A DNA stretch of 64,000 nucleotides from Macrostomum hystrix (GCA_950097015.1 CATNEN010000014.1:496001-560000); one strand, 5' to 3'; numbered from the stretch's first letter, positions 1 through 12,940 are shown. A program made the numbers and translations. The notes: generated by a model not told the origin, from the letters alone.

Positions 1-2
1 CG

Positions 3-1738
3 CTGACTGTGCCCAGCTCCTTTGTAGCTGGCCGCTTCGTGTGCGGTGTCGGTCCGGCCGCGCCGCTGGCCTACGTGGTGAGCTGCCTTTGTTTTGGCTT
101 CCTAGTGCCCTTCGCCAGCCTGTGCTCTGTCTATGTGGCGATTGTCACCATTGGCGCCAAGGAGAGCGAGCGGCGCGGCGCCATGCAGAGCTCTACCGGC
201 TACAGCCAGGACCGCGTGGCTGTGCCTCAGGTTAGCAGAAAGCTAATAAGCCATTTTCCTCTCTTAGTTTAGCCAGATCTGAAAAAAGTTTGCCTCCGCA
301 ATCTTATAACCCACCAATTTGAATGCCATATCTGCCCAAACTGCAGACTTGGTCAGACTTAAACCTAGCCAAGATGACTGGCGGCCTGCTCGCAGCATGG
401 ATCCTCCTGGCCGGGCCCTACACTGTGGCAATCAGCATCGACCGGATCAAAAACTCTCTGGAGCTGCGCGACACTCTCAACAGGCTGCGCGACTCCACGG
501 ACCCCACAGTCGAGACCGTCCTGTTCTGGCTGCGCGTCGCCTTCGGCACCGCCTGTCCCTGTCTGGTGCTGGCTGTGCGGCCCGATGTGCGCAGGAAGCT
601 CGGCCACCTCGTCATCTGCAAGACGCCCAAGTCAAGCAATCACGTAACTGACGGGCCTCGCCTACTGCCCGGCGGTGGCGTCGGAGGTGAATTGAACGGT
701 TTCCATACAGACGTGAATGCGACTGGTACTGACTCGGCTCGGACTGGCGACGCGGCCCTGACGACTTTGTCGGACCAGGCTGCTGATGCTGTGTCCCCGG
801 CAGATGCCAGTGATGACCAACTCGCTGCTGAGACGGACCTTGCTGAGCCCGGTGAGACGCTGCGGGTGCCTGTTCTTTTCGCTACCGACCGAGGCCTGCA
901 CATGGAGGTGAGCTATGCATCTCAGTAGTTATAAATTATATTTTGTGCTAAAATTATATTGACTTGACCACAAGAACATACGCCACTTCAGAATGGCTAC
1001 CCGCCTGTCGTTTGCGACGTCGCCGACTCTGTGGTAGATATTCGTCAGACAGCGTTATCAGCGCATGAGAAGCAGCAACAGCAGCAGGTCAGTGCGGTGA
1101 CCAGTGATCACAGTGGCGACGAGGCAGAGCCCGCTGCCGATGCGACCAGCGACTACGAGTCAGCTTCGAGGCAGCAGCGGCAGCCGGATGAGTCGCAGAG
1201 GCCAAGGCGAAAGAAGAGCGGCGGCATTCAGGAGCCGTCAGAGCAGAAGCAGAAGAAAAAGCGAAAGAAAAAAGGTGCTGCTGCAGTTGTTGAGGCCGAG
1301 GCGCCCGCTGCAGACTCTAGCTTCAACAGCCAGTCCGGGCTGCTGCTCGCCACAAGTGAACTCCCCGACGCTCCTGGCGGTGACGCCACGGCATCCACTG
1401 CAAAGCGGCGGCCGCGCAGGGTGCGCCAGAACTCTGTAGAGCCGCCACCGCCGCCACAGCAGCAGCAACAGCAGCAGTTGCAGGCTCTTCCCCCGTGCAT
1501 CACAAAGTCGCCAGTCCGGCCGAAACCGCGCTCTGATTTGCCCGAGGCTGCCGGAGATGACTTGTCGACTCCCAGGGAAGAAGCCACAGAAATGACGGTG
1601 CTGCCCACTTCGCGGCTGCCTCCGCCGCAGCCGGAGCCGCCTCTGAAGAAAAAGCGGAAGCGGAGAGCGTCTCGACCGCTGCCGTTGATGCCTCAGCCTG
1701 TGCAGGACAATAGCGGCTTCATTGCTGGTGACGCTTGA
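3..1738 (+). CDS. Rhodopsin-like (class A) GPCR, 5'-partial (ECL2-TM5-TM6-TM7 plus long low-complexity C-tail); exons <1-230, 347-907, 992-1738
   Basis: Hydrophobic helices LAYVVSCLCFGFLVPFASLCSVYVAIV (TM5), GLLAAWILLAGPYTV (TM6, WxxxxxPY) and VLFWLRVAFGTACPCLVLAV (TM7) followed by RPDVRRKL (helix 8). Phase-0 introns CAG|gttagc..ctgcag|ACT and GAG|gtgagc..cttcag|AAT join ORFs 9-272, 323-928 and 1031-1738 in frame. Confidence 0.7.
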
Positions 1739-2878
1739 CTCTTCATTGGGTCTGACTATTCCCGTTGCCTGCTGCTGGCGGTCAGCTTTTGTACACCAAG
1801 AGAAAAAGGAAGTTTTCAGCTAATGAGATCAGAATATTCTTCTGTAGGGGCTGAACCGACCTATGCTTTCCGCTGCTGTTTTGCAATAAAGTGTGGTCTG
1901 CGATTCGCAGTTTCATTCAGCCGCCGCAGCCATTCGAAAAGGCCTGTTTTGGTCACGTATTTCTCTTGCATTGTTTGAAAAATCTCTGCGTCTATTCGCC
2001 TGCGGTCAAAACTTGTTTTAAATGAACTTTTCTAATCGGCGCGAATTCGAATTAGAGCTAGAAGAACTCGAATTCGGGCCTGCGCTCTCCAATGCAAGCA
2101 GTTTGCCTGCGTCTCCGTGTGTCCGCACTGGCCCACCTTCCGCATTCGCTGCTTCTAGTTAATTTTCTCTTCTAGGCCTCCCCCTCTATCTAGTTCTCTA
2201 ATTCGCCACTCGCTTATGGATTTGTATTAATTTGCACTTACTATCTCCCAATACAGTTGCTAGGCGGTGCCTTTGTCCCAGCAACCTGACCCTGCACTCC
2301 CCAAAGGTATGATCCCACTATTTGTCACTGACCATATCCGTCCCCATGCTTTTAAAGTGTCTTTGTTATTTTCTTATGGCGTGCCTTTCTGTTGCCCCGT
2401 CCATCGGCAGTTTTTACTCTGCCTATTGGCGGGCTGCTGCAGTTCTATTGTAAATAGCCCACACTGCCTGCTCCAATGGCCTTTGACCTGCATAGCTTTT
2501 TGCAGAGTGCTATTTACGTTTAATTCTATGACTGTGATTGATTTCTTCTAGCTCTGCTGTGCGCACCTGGCGCTGCACCAATCATGTATCATGGCCTATT
2601 TTTCTGCTATATATACACTTGCATATCTACTCTTCAAAGGTAGAATTCCGTCAGTGGCGGGCTGTCTGTCTGTTTCTCATTTTTAGCATTTTCCTAAAAT
2701 TACCTCTAGACAGGTCTTCGATGCAGCAAAGAAGCGATTAACTCGGAGTTGCATTTGCAGAATCATGTCAGAGGAAAGCCACATCGCCTACCATCCCATC
2801 CCAAACCTCCTGATATCTGAGATCGCTTCCGTGCGCTTTTTCATTCCGCAGCGTTTCCCTGCCCACACTAACTACGAC

Positions 2879-3748
2879 ATGCCGATAGCTCGAAAGCGAC
2901 AGTCAAAGGAGAAGCAGAAGGAAGAAGAGAAGCGGCAGAAAAAGCAGAAAACTGAAGAAGAGTCTGAAGAGTCCGAGGAAGATGACGCTGACGATTCTGA
3001 AGATGAGGTGGAGACAGCGGGCGCGCAGGAGCTAGAGTGGTTCTCGCTGGAGGGCTGCGATCCGGAGCCTGAAGACGCAGCCGGCGTTGCCCGTCTACTG
3101 CGGCATGGCCAGCTGCCGCCATGGGCTCCGGCTGGTGCCGCGGCTGCCGTGGCTGAGCGGCTGACTGCCACAGTCGAAGGCCGCCGCTTTGCCAGCGTAG
3201 TGAAGCAGTGCATCCCGGACGCCAGCGAAGGAGAAGGCAACGGCAGCGACTCTGCTGATGCTGAGGATGACGAAGACAGTGTGCTCTCAGTTCTGGGCAT
3301 AGTTGACGTGGCTGCCGTGCCTGGACTGCGCGAGAGCCTTGGCGCAGCCGCTCCGCCGCCTCCGCTGATGCTGTTAGTAAAGGCGCGGGCTCAGGAGCTG
3401 CCACCGGAGCTGTCGCTGCCGCAGCTGGAGGCCCTGCAGGCAGAACTAGCCAAGACGAAGTCACGACACAGCCGGCTGCTGCTGATCAGTCCAAGTTTGC
3501 CAGTTGGGAGAGATGGCGACACTGAAACCGGCGCCGAGACAGCGGTGTTCGCTGAGGACGAGATCCTGCAGTCGGCGGCAGGTTTGGACGGCTGGAAGGT
3601 CTTGCAGCCGCCCGCAGGCAGGGATAACAATGGCGATAGTCACAATGAGGCCTTGCACTACCGGGCCTGTCTCCTGGATGCAAACAGGCTTCCTCGAGCC
3701 ATCGAACTGCTGAAACAGGAGGTCGGTGGCCGGCTGCGGCCATCTTAA
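2879..3748 (+). CDS. BCCIP: BCCIP/Bcp1-family protein (p21/BRCA2-interacting, ribosome biogenesis), divergent, single exon; upstream in-frame ATG at 2765
   Basis: Basic N-terminus then acidic tract, followed by motifs aligning by recall to BCCIP: FSLEGCDPEPEDAAGVARLL (~FEAYSLSDNDYDGIKKLL), FASVVKQ (~IGSVIKQ), DDEDSVLSVLGIV, LLVKARAQELPPELSLPQLEALQAEL (~LLLSERFINVPPQIALPMYQQLQKEL), VFAEDEIL. Confidence 0.7.
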   Translation: MPIARKRQSKEKQKEEEKRQKKQKTEEESEESEEDDADDSEDEVETAGAQELEWFSLEGCDPEPEDAAGVARLLRHGQLPPWAPAGAAAAVAERLTATVEGRRFASVVKQCIPDASEGEGNGSDSADAEDDEDSVLSVLGIVDVAAVPGLRESLGAAAPPPPLMLLVKARAQELPPELSLPQLEALQAELAKTKSRHSRLLLISPSLPVGRDGDTETGAETAVFAEDEILQSAAGLDGWKVLQPPAGRDNNGDSHNEALHYRACLLDANRLPRAIELLKQEVGGRLRPS

Positions 3749-4299
3749 CGCTGTTCAGTTGCTAGACGTTGTTGCAGTTGACCTGCTAGTGTCGTTGCCT
3801 TTACCGAGAGCTTGTCAGTAGCTGCATTCAGATGTCGATCTAATAGCTACTGCTACTGCGTTAATCGTGTAGGTTTTGCAGTGAATCGCAAACCATTCAA
3901 ATCCAACGCTTTTAGTGGGGTTCAAATTTTATTCAAGTAATGCTGTCGTAATTTGATCTGCTTTTTGTACATTGACGTCCTGCATTTGCACTGCTTGTGC
4001 GGAGTTTGATTAAATATACGCTTATAACCACCAGTCATCTTTTTCTCCGTCGACAAAGCTTGAAATACGCCCCTGCGAGCTGTCGGCTTGTGTCTTTGCT
4101 ACCTTATTATGAGCTTATTAGATGTTGGCTTTGAGAACTCAATTTCTACGATGTTGACAGAGGACGGTACGGTACTCAATTCCTAGTATGAGTTAGGAGT
4201 TAGGAGACTCTTAAATAGAGCACCTCCCTCCACATGTTGCCAGCATTCCAACATGCTGGCAAACCTGCAGGAAGGGACAGGCAGCATCTGCAGCTCGTA

Positions 4300-4900
4300 C
4301 AGCTTTATAAGCCAGTCCTGCTTATTGCGCGGTAGCCAACAATAATATCCCCAGACGGAGAGCAGCTAGCCTTGGAGTAAGCCGTGTGCTGTTTTTCCAT
4401 CACACTGGAAGCCTGCGCCCGCCTTGCTGGGGCAGCTCCCGTATGTTTTTGTATCCCAGGTGCAGTTTAGTGCGTTGGGCTTAGCTTATCTGGACCATCG
4501 ATCGATGGTCACATAGCTAAGTCCAGCTGTGTGTTCAGCCATTAGTGCATTAGCGCTCCAGAGAAATGGAGTTAGCCAACAATTTATATTTCCCCTAGAT
4601 TGCTAATGCATGAATATTTGGAAAGAACAGGTGCAGACTTACCCCACTTGGAATGACCTGACAGTTCCTGTTTTACTCTCAACTATTTGCACTTGCCTCT
4701 AAAAAGGCAGCATTTTCCTATAGGTCTACTCAAGTGTTCTCATATCACAATAGGTGAAATCCATGCTTCCCAGCAGGAAGGTTTTGTTTTCCAAACAGCT
4801 CATACTTAAGGATTAGCGGCTGGCATAGTGCTTCAACTGTACTTTCACTTTCATACCCCATGCAACTCAATAAATTGACGATGAAAGATGCTGTGCTGTG
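4300..4900 (-). mobile_element. Possible highly degenerate LINE reverse-transcriptase relic
   Basis: Broken minus-strand peptides reminiscent of RT motifs (KHGF, SAPVL/FQIFMH, KLSPT). Many stops; weak call. Confidence 0.25.
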
Positions 4901-5713
4901 ATGAGCCGGATTTGTCAATTTGGCTGCTAATTGCCAAGTGGAGAACTTTTCATCTGACTACTCGGAGTTTCTCATGCAGCCCGCACTATTTGTACCAGAA
5001 TAGACTTGGTGAAATGCGCTATATGCTACCGTAAGTAGGTATGACTCGAAAATGTTTCCTGATATTGTAATTGAAGCATTGAAAAGGCAGCTTTTTCGCC
5101 TACTGTTATTAACTCTGACTATTAGCATATCGCAATCGCCTATTATACGAGCGTATCATAGCCCATTAAACGAACCTAAAAGACTCAATAAAAGCGATTT
5201 CGTGAGTTGTAAAAGTAGTCAGGTATCAACTCACAGCAGAATTTTATTTACTGATGATAACATTGCATGTGCAAGTGTACACACGTGTCTGAATGGCTTC
5301 ATGAGTATTCTCAGCTGAGGCTATATCGATGCAGCAAAAATTTGAAATCTGGCTGCTGCCAGACATAAAACTTTGTCGCAATATAGTAGTACAGCAGCCA
5401 ATCCCTCGGCTCATGTCATCAGAAAACTGTGTCCTGTAGTTTCAGCGACCAGGAAAGATGGCACCAGCTTTCGCAATCTACTCGCTCCTTGGCCAAACGT
5501 GGCACCATATAATTTTCGCGAATTAGAAGGCGCAGGTCCGAGGATAACTGCCTGCTGGGTAGTTACACGCAGCTTGCATTCCAACCGCTAGCCAATGGCA
5601 GGCAACGAAGGATCACTATAAATGCAAATGCAGCTGCTCACTATTTATACTCCTGCGAGTAAGTGTGGAGAAATCTTGCAATAGTCAGCACTGCTGCCAG
5701 ATAAATCGTTTGA

Positions 5714-8204
5714 ATGGATGCAGAGCACACACACACAACTGTGCAGTCACTTGACCTCCAGCAGACTCACGAATCCTTTGCTATGGTGCTGCTGATGACC
5801 CCGGACTCACCACTGTGTCTGGACGCTGCCGCTGCAGGTGCCAACGTCAGCGATGCCGAGGCTGCCTCATCTGGCAATCGATTGGAGGCCCTCAACGTAG
5901 CCCTCTGCTTATTCAATGCGCTTGCGAACGGCCTGTCCGTGGTTGTCTTTCTCAACCGCGCCTTCGCCCGCTCACCTGCCTGCCTGCTGCTCACCGGCCT
6001 ATCCCTGTTCGAGACCGCCTTCCAGATTTGCCAGGCCACCTACTTGGCCACCGGTCTGGCGCTGGTCCGCAGCCGCCTGCCGTTGCCGGGACCCAGAGTG
6101 GCGCTGCTGTTCGCTGCTCTGGCAGCTGCAGCGAGACAGGTGGGAGCGCCGTTCAGAGCTCGATTGGTTGGCGGCCTTCCGTTTTGCGAGCGTAGAATAG
6201 AAGTTTGATATTTCAAGCTCATACATTAGCAATTAATTTGCTTTAGTCCCACCGCTACACCATGCACAGGGCTCTGTGGCCTTCCAGATGGCCAGGAACT
6301 GGACACTGGCTGGCTTGAGCTTCCACCGCTTCGAGGCCGTCTGCCGTCACGCTGCCGGCCGGAAGCTGCTGGCCAAGTCGCGCTGCGTACCTGCGCTAGC
6401 CATCTGCGGCTTGGCCTGCGCGGGCGCCGCCCTGCCGCGACTCTTCGAGGTGCGGAAGTGGTATAGTCAAGCATTAGCGAGAAGTAGTGTGATGCCATTA
6501 TTTATAGGATAAATACACTATAGCTAGTGCTGTAATCTATTTCTGCTGCAGATTGAGAGGAGAAGGTGTGACAATGGAGCTCAGCGAATGAACTGGTGTA
6601 GAGTCGCATGGCTCAGAATACAGCCTCTGGTTCCTCTGTAGTGACTTGTTTTAGTATAGCCAGCCCCCACACTCCGTAGGCACAGGAAGTGGTTTGCGAG
6701 CTGTCCGGAGAGCTGCCAGCCTATGCAATGTCAGGGCCAGTGCCATTCGGACCAGTGTTTCACAGCCGCCTGTACCAGCTGCTGTACCTGTCAGCCTGCC
6801 TGTTTCTGCTGCAGTCTGGCGGCCCGGTCATTGTGGTGCTTGTGTGCAGCGCCCACGTGCTGCGGGTGAGAAATAAGGATACTTTATTTCATTTATCACC
6901 CGCTAATTAGCTATTAGTTCATTATTTAATGAGTGCCTGTCCTCCCTCGATAAACAAACATGGATAATATGTGTGTCTAATGTGTGACGCATGGTAGCTC
7001 TGACTTTTGGCGTGAAGCCTGCCTTCAGTGTCAGATTGTGTTCCTCGCGCATCCCCTTTGATCATGCCTGACCAAATCTGGCTTTGAGCTCGTGTGCCGC
7101 ACCAATGGCTCTCGCATCGCAGCTCTGAAAGCACGCGATTTCGATTATTGGATCAGCTCCTCCAGTTGTAGTGCCAGCGTCGATTGCTTGTACGAACTTC
7201 GATCGTATCGATCCGCTGTCAACGCCTGCTTGGGATTGAGAACTCTGTACCAGTCTCTTCATTCGCTTGCGCTGACTGCCCTGTAGCATGATTAATCCCG
7301 CGGTCCTACAAATGTATTCATTTTATCACGACCTGCACGAATTGATGCAGCTGTGGTCACAAGTCCACTTTTATATTTCCTTATGTGGTTGTTGGCATAC
7401 GAGCGTATTGCTTAGTGTAGATGAAAATACGGGGTCTAAGCAACTAATAGCAATATGCGTTTGAGAATAAGTGAAAAAATTCATAAATTTTTCAAGCAGC
7501 AGTTTGATTATCTTGTACTTTTAGCTTCTCAACCTGAAGTCCTTTCTGTGTCACTGAAAACTGTCACCAGGCACAAACGGACTTTATTTAGATTTATCAT
7601 TAAAATACTATGCAGTGTTGCAGTTACAGTTACAGTTACAGTTACAGTTACAGTTGCAGTGTTGCAGCCAGCGTCAGCAGTACAGTGAACCCGTTGACAC
7701 AGATTTGCTCTGTCAGCGGGTGCTGAACAGTTGGCAGAGAAAGGGCAGCTGTAAATGCGCTTCTGTACGATTAAGGCCTGATCTAGCTTCTCTTTCCAGG
7801 TGCTGTGGGAGCGACAGAGATTCCGCGAGTCTCGCAACCTGCGTCGCCGACGCGCCGGAACCGACAAGCTGATCGCCACCCTCGCCCTGACTTTTTTTGT
7901 CCTAGAGACGCCGGCTTTTTTCTCCAAGCTGCTGTTCGCCTTCCGAGCCCTGCCAGCCGAGGTCGAAGTGACGCTGGCTCAGTGGTCAAACTTCCTGATT
8001 ACGCTCGACTCTTCAATGAACGTCTTCATCTACCTGGTGTCCAACCCTACCTACTTATTGGTTTCTAGACGGTTGCTATGCGGCGGGGGCGATTCAGCAT
8101 CGGTGGCAGACGGACAATTCAGCAGACGGCGTGGGCTGGCTTCGACTCTGGAGACAGGCACCATCAGCAGGAGAGTCGCCCAACAGACTCACACAATGCT
8201 GTGA
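5714..8204 (+). CDS. Rhodopsin-like peptide GPCR (FMRFamide/myosuppressin-receptor-like); exons ~5714-6139, 6288-6449, 6680-6865, 7800-8204
   Basis: TM1 NVALCLFNALANGLSVVVF, TM2 CLLLTGLSLFE, TM3 MARNWTLAGLSFHRF (DRY equivalent), TM4 ..LPRLFE, TM5 LYQLLYL..GGPVIVVLVC, TM6 LALTFFVLETPAF, TM7 LITLDSSMNVFIY (NSSxNFxIY-type). Phase-0 GT-AG introns. A small extra exon near 6552 is possible. Confidence 0.75.
7614..7656 (+). repeat. (CAGTTA)n hexamer microsatellite in GPCR intron
   Basis: About 6 tandem copies of cagtta. Confidence 0.9.
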
Positions 8205-10023
8205 CACGCTTTGGTCCTGATTTTGTAAAATCATGAGTAGACCGTCTCATTGCTGTCTCATTGCGTCTCATTACATTTTTATCTGACTTATCAGACATCA
8301 GATTTATCCCACGCCTGAGAAGTTTGTTGCGTGAACTCTTATGGCACTAAGGAACCAAGAAAATTCAGTGCTCGGAAATCCTTTCTCTGGTAGTTCTCGA
8401 TGAACCCTGCTCGCGATCACGCCATCTCTCCGCAGACACAATCTTCACGGATAATCCAGGATTAACCAAAGCTCCTTGTCAAAAGGATTTTATTCCTGTA
8501 AGAAAATGCCGCTAATCTGAACTTGGGAGTTCTGACATGAGCAGTGCGTTAGCTGCGTGGAAGTTGCACAGGTTGTGCGAATAGCCCAGTCAGCTTTATC
8601 GCTAAGCGTTGTCAACCCAGCGAGCGTGGAACTGAGAGCACGCACTGAGTAACCGAGAGGCAGAAATTTCTGGCCTGTGGCGTACAACTATAATCCATCG
8701 GTTCGGCGAAGACTTGCCAAATCCTTAATCAGTGGTCGCATTGGCGCTGGTTGTGCTGAACACGAAAGAATAAATAAGAACGTTTTGGTCAAGTGATTTT
8801 CTATTGCGTCGACAAATAATTTCTGACGTTTGTGTTTCTAAGGCTCACATTTTATTTCCGGTAACAGAATTTCTGAAATAGCGTTTAAATTTCTGATGTG
8901 GTGCGATCAGAATTCAATTCATAGGCAATGATTTCAATTTTCACGAATAGTTTCAGGTTTCAGCAATCGGTAAAAATTTACTTTCTCATGACTGTGAGTA
9001 GCAGGAGTAATTATGAGTAAGTCTTCTATGCCCAATAAACAACGCTAAATTTCAAACTCGATCATTATTTTAGAAGTCCTATAGTCAGCTGTGCACTGAC
9101 ATTCATGAGCATCCAGAATGATCCAATCTTGTAAAGTGCACGAGAACTTTTCCTTACATCAAGATGCTTAATAAAAATAATTGTTATTATTACAGCAAGA
9201 TGCTTACAAACAAGAAACATATATTCTCAAGAGGCTGGTCTTACCGTCTCAGCTTTTAGGTCGTGACCAGCTGATGCTGTCTACTAGCCCGTATAAGCTC
9301 GCAGACGACCAGCTGCCCAGTAGAGCACTGTTTGCCCACTGTCACTGCCGTTGGTTCTTGATCGCAGTCGAGTACACAAGTCTAATCGACGAAGGCTGCC
9401 TGAATTTCCGCTACGCTGATGCCAGATACAGTCATGGGAAGGGAAATTAACTGGCCTGGGGACATGCAGCGCCAAGGGAAACAAGACAGCTTGGCAGTGG
9501 CTTAAATCCCTTATCAATTTATTTTTTTCATTTCCTCTTTTCCACTGCGCTGGGTGCAGTGCCAGGCGTCGTGCAAAGCAAGTCAAGGAAGAAGACAGCA
9601 GTGAATGTGAGGCAGGAGGGCTGATGGATGGCAGGAATCCTGAGCGCTGACTGACTAATAGGGCCATGATTGAGCCTGTTCTCAGCGGTAGTCACTGACT
9701 TCTGTGAGCCGATTCTTTCAGCGATTAGCTCGGTGAGCACTCCTCAATTTGCCAGGCGTGCATCTCGGCGCGCTGATGCTACTCGAAAAATTGCTTAGCG
9801 ATAGTATCGAGCCTTTCTAACCTTTTAATTAATTCTATTTCGAATTTTTATCGAAAAAAATTCTTCGATTTTTTACTAGCTCTTTTTACAGCCTCTTACT
9901 AGCTACAATGTACCAATTCGCTCGTATTGTGCTTCCGAATGCCTAATCTGATTCCAGCAGCAAGCTGCATGGGCTGTGAGGCTGCTCAAGCATAATTATT
10001 AGCAGGGATCAGCAGGGATCGCA

Positions 10024-10187
10024 TGAGAGACACACACCAGACACGACACGGATAGATAGAGAGCTGAGAGACATACACCAGACACGACACGGATGGATAG
10101 AGAGCTGAGAGACATACACCAGACACGACACGGATGGATACAGAGCTGAGAGACATACACCAGACACGACACGGATAGATAGAGACG
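10024..10187 (+). repeat. 41-bp minisatellite, 4 copies
   Basis: Unit tgagagacatacaccagacacgacacggatggatagagagc. Confidence 0.9.
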
Positions 10188-10196
10188 CTTTAACTT

Positions 10197-10412
10197 GTTA
10201 CTTGTTCTTGTCTCCAGGGTAATGGATTCGCGAATAGAAGCAAGGTTACTTGTTCTTGTCTCCAGGGTAATGGATTCGCGAATAGAAGCAAGGTTACTTG
10301 TTCTTGTCTCCAGGGTAATGGATTCGCGAATAGAAGCAAGGTTACTTGTTCTTGTCTCCAGGGTAATGGATTCGCGAATAGAAGCAAGGTTACTTGTTCT
10401 TGTCTCCAGGGT
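10197..10412 (+). repeat. 48-bp minisatellite, ~4.5 copies
   Basis: Unit ttacttgttcttgtctccagggtaatggattcgcgaatagaagcaagg, identical copies with no spacers. Confidence 0.95.
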
Positions 10413-11512
10413 CTTCGACAAGAATCGCTGAATATCTCGACGATGCTGACTTTGGACGGCTTGGAAAGATAGTTCATCGAAATGCGTCATTCACGAAAGT
10501 CGTCATTCGGTTTGGAGCTATCGTGAAGTGTGTATATGAAATAGCCCACAGGGGTAATGGCGTGGCGAGGAATAGCGAGGAAAAATAGCGTGGTCTTTGT
10601 ACAGTTAATCTGCTGAAACAAATTCAAACATCGCGTTCGCGACAGAGAAGCCAGGTGTGACGTCCGGATTAATTCACTCCTGAATCGCAAGCACTGCTGC
10701 AGCCATACAAGACGGCCAAGAAAGTAGTATGAAACTTTAAAATCGCTTGCGACGTTAGACCGTCTACTTTGCGACTGCTCAAACCATTGAAGGGAATGAA
10801 TCCGTACAGTTTGAGAATGAACACCTGAAATTCTTGTCGTGTAGGCCACCAAACCAAAAAATACATACCATGCATAAATACATACATAGACGAGCCTGCA
10901 TGACTTGTTGGGGTGCTGCATGCTCCACAAATTTCATCGTGAACAGTTTAAGCGTGCTGCAAGGGCAACAGGTGAGTCCAAGGAGTCATGGCACACCAAA
11001 CGGTGGATCATGACCCCAATAGCCACAATGACACAATTTCCTACCCCTTCTGGCTGCTGCACATGTGGCTAGTTGAAAAAGTCCTGGATACACCACTGGC
11101 TGTGAGTGTTCACGAGCGATATGGGTCTCTCCAAACCAATACCTTATTTATTTATAGTGCGACAACGTTAGACTTGGTTCCCAAGGTAGCTTAATGTCTA
11201 TCGTACTATTCGATGGTATAGTGATCAGCCACTGCTTTGGGGCCTATTGGTGTCTCACTAGCTATCACCTGCCCACCTGCTAAGGTAGCTTAGGTACCTG
11301 TCTCATTGTGAGCGAAGGCACTGAGTGACTGTCCAGCCCGGCTCCATCTGGCGCTGCATGGTCTGTTTCCTCTCTGCCCCGCTCGCGCTCCTAGGCCGCG
11401 CGTGTACTTTCTCTCCCCGTCAGGGATGAGTCATCACCTCTCTGTCCCGCGCTGGTCTCTCTTCGTTTCCTCGCTGTTTCATCAACGTGTTTCGTCTCAC
11501 GTGACTGGCCTC

Positions 11513-12181
11513 TTTCTTTGTGTTTCTTTGTGTTTCTTTGTGTTTTGTGTTTGTGTTTCTTTGTGTTTGTGTTTCTTTGTGTTTGTGTTTGTGTTTCTTT
11601 GTGTTTGTGTTTCTTTGTGTTTGTGTTTGTGTTTCTTTGTGTTTGTGTTTCTTTGTGTTTGTGTTTCTTTGTGTTTGTGTTTCTTTGTGTTTCTTTGTGT
11701 TTTGTGTTTGTGTTTCTTTGTGTTTGTGTTTGTGTTTCTTTGTGTTTGTGTTTGTGTTTCTTTGTGTTTGTGTTTCTTTGTGTTTCTTTGTGTTTGTGTT
11801 TGTGTTTCTTTGTGTTTGTGTTTGTGTTTCTTTGTGTTTGTGTTTCTTTGTGTTTGTGTTTCTTTGTGTTTCTTTGTGTTTCTTTGTGTTTCTTTGTGTT
11901 TCTTTGTGTTTCTTTGTGTTTCCTTGTGTTTGTGTTTCTTTGTGTTTCTTTGTGTTTCTTTGTGTTTCTTTGTGTTTCTTTGTGTTTCTTTGTGCTCTTT
12001 GTGTTTCTTTGTGTTTCTTTGTGTTTCTTTGTGTTTTGTGTTTGTGTTTCTTTGTGTTTGTGTTTGTGTTTCTTTGTGTTTGTGTTTCTTTGTGTTTGTG
12101 TTTGTGTTTCTTTGTGTTTGTGTTTCTTTGTGTTTGTGTTTGTGTTTCTTTGTGTTTGTGTTTCTTTGTGCTCTTTGTGTT
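11513..12181 (+). repeat. Compound simple repeat of TGTGTT/TGTTTCTTTG units
   Basis: ~670 bp of T/G/C-only sequence. The long ORFs in several frames are artefacts. Confidence 0.95.
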
Positions 12182-12847
12182 TAAAGTGCACTAAACATGT
12201 TCTCTGCACTGAGTGTTATAAGTATAAGTCGGAAGTGACGTTTGTACGCCACTGTCGTCAGTTGCTATAGAAACCGCGCACGATACCATCAGGTGCTCTT
12301 TAACTTAGCACTGGCCCTACGGAGGCCCCCGACTATAAATGAAACACCACTTCCCCGCTAATCTTCATGTGTTATTTCTTTTTCTAAGTTTTAATTTTTT
12401 TACTGGTCATTTTCTGTTCTACGAGTATCTGTTTGAAGTTCCGTGCCTCAATCTCTAAGCGTGCCAACGGGCTACTGCTCTCAGTTCTGGCCAAGTCCCG
12501 AAATTAATTTAGCCTTACCCTCGACCCGATCTACGAAGGACTCTGACAGCCTTTCGTTTTTTCGGTTTCGTTCCAATTTGAAACTGCATGCCTAATAGTT
12601 TACCATTTTGAACACTTATTTTCTTAATTCACAGTAATAAAAAATACAGGCAAAACAGGCTGCTTGCCTGAGCCAACCTACCAACTACTACTACTCACAA
12701 AGTTCCTGAACCCTACCTTAGTTTCTTCCCAAACCCTGACTACTCTACTCCCATATTCCCACAAAACACATCAAACTAACACTAGCTCCATCCTACCTAC
12801 TTATTCTACCTTCCTGTTGCTATCTTGTCCAATTGTCCTTTCTCCAC

Positions 12848-12940
12848 TGGCGGTCGGACGGAGCAGTCGGAGCAGGGATCTCTAGTGGTAGTCTGAGCAG
12901 TCGGGTCTCTAGTGGTGGTCGGAGCTGTCGGATCTCTAGT
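12848..12940 (+). repeat. Orphan degenerate copies of the 27-bp PTAPTTTRD coding repeat
   Basis: ggagcagggatctctagtggtagtctgagcagtcgggtctctagtggtggtcggagctgtcggatctctagt matches the repeat at 14070-14690. Confidence 0.85.

Noticed and set aside
4237-4262. Perfect 10-bp hairpin TTGCCAGCAT-tccaac-ATGCTGGCAA
   Set aside because: A single short inverted repeat with no supporting context.
7062-7289. ORFs inside the second GPCR's last intron
   Set aside because: The 7TM model is complete without them and they show no recognisable domain.
9181-9740. GC-richer stretch with short ORFs on both strands
   Set aside because: No recognisable motif or splice-supported model.
9999-10490. Repeat-derived ORFs and a possible CRISPR-like 48-bp array
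   Set aside because: Identical adjacent units with no spacers and no protein signature.
11391-12270. Long Cys/Val/Phe-rich and Lys/His/Thr-rich ORFs
   Set aside because: Translations of a simple-sequence repeat, open in most frames.
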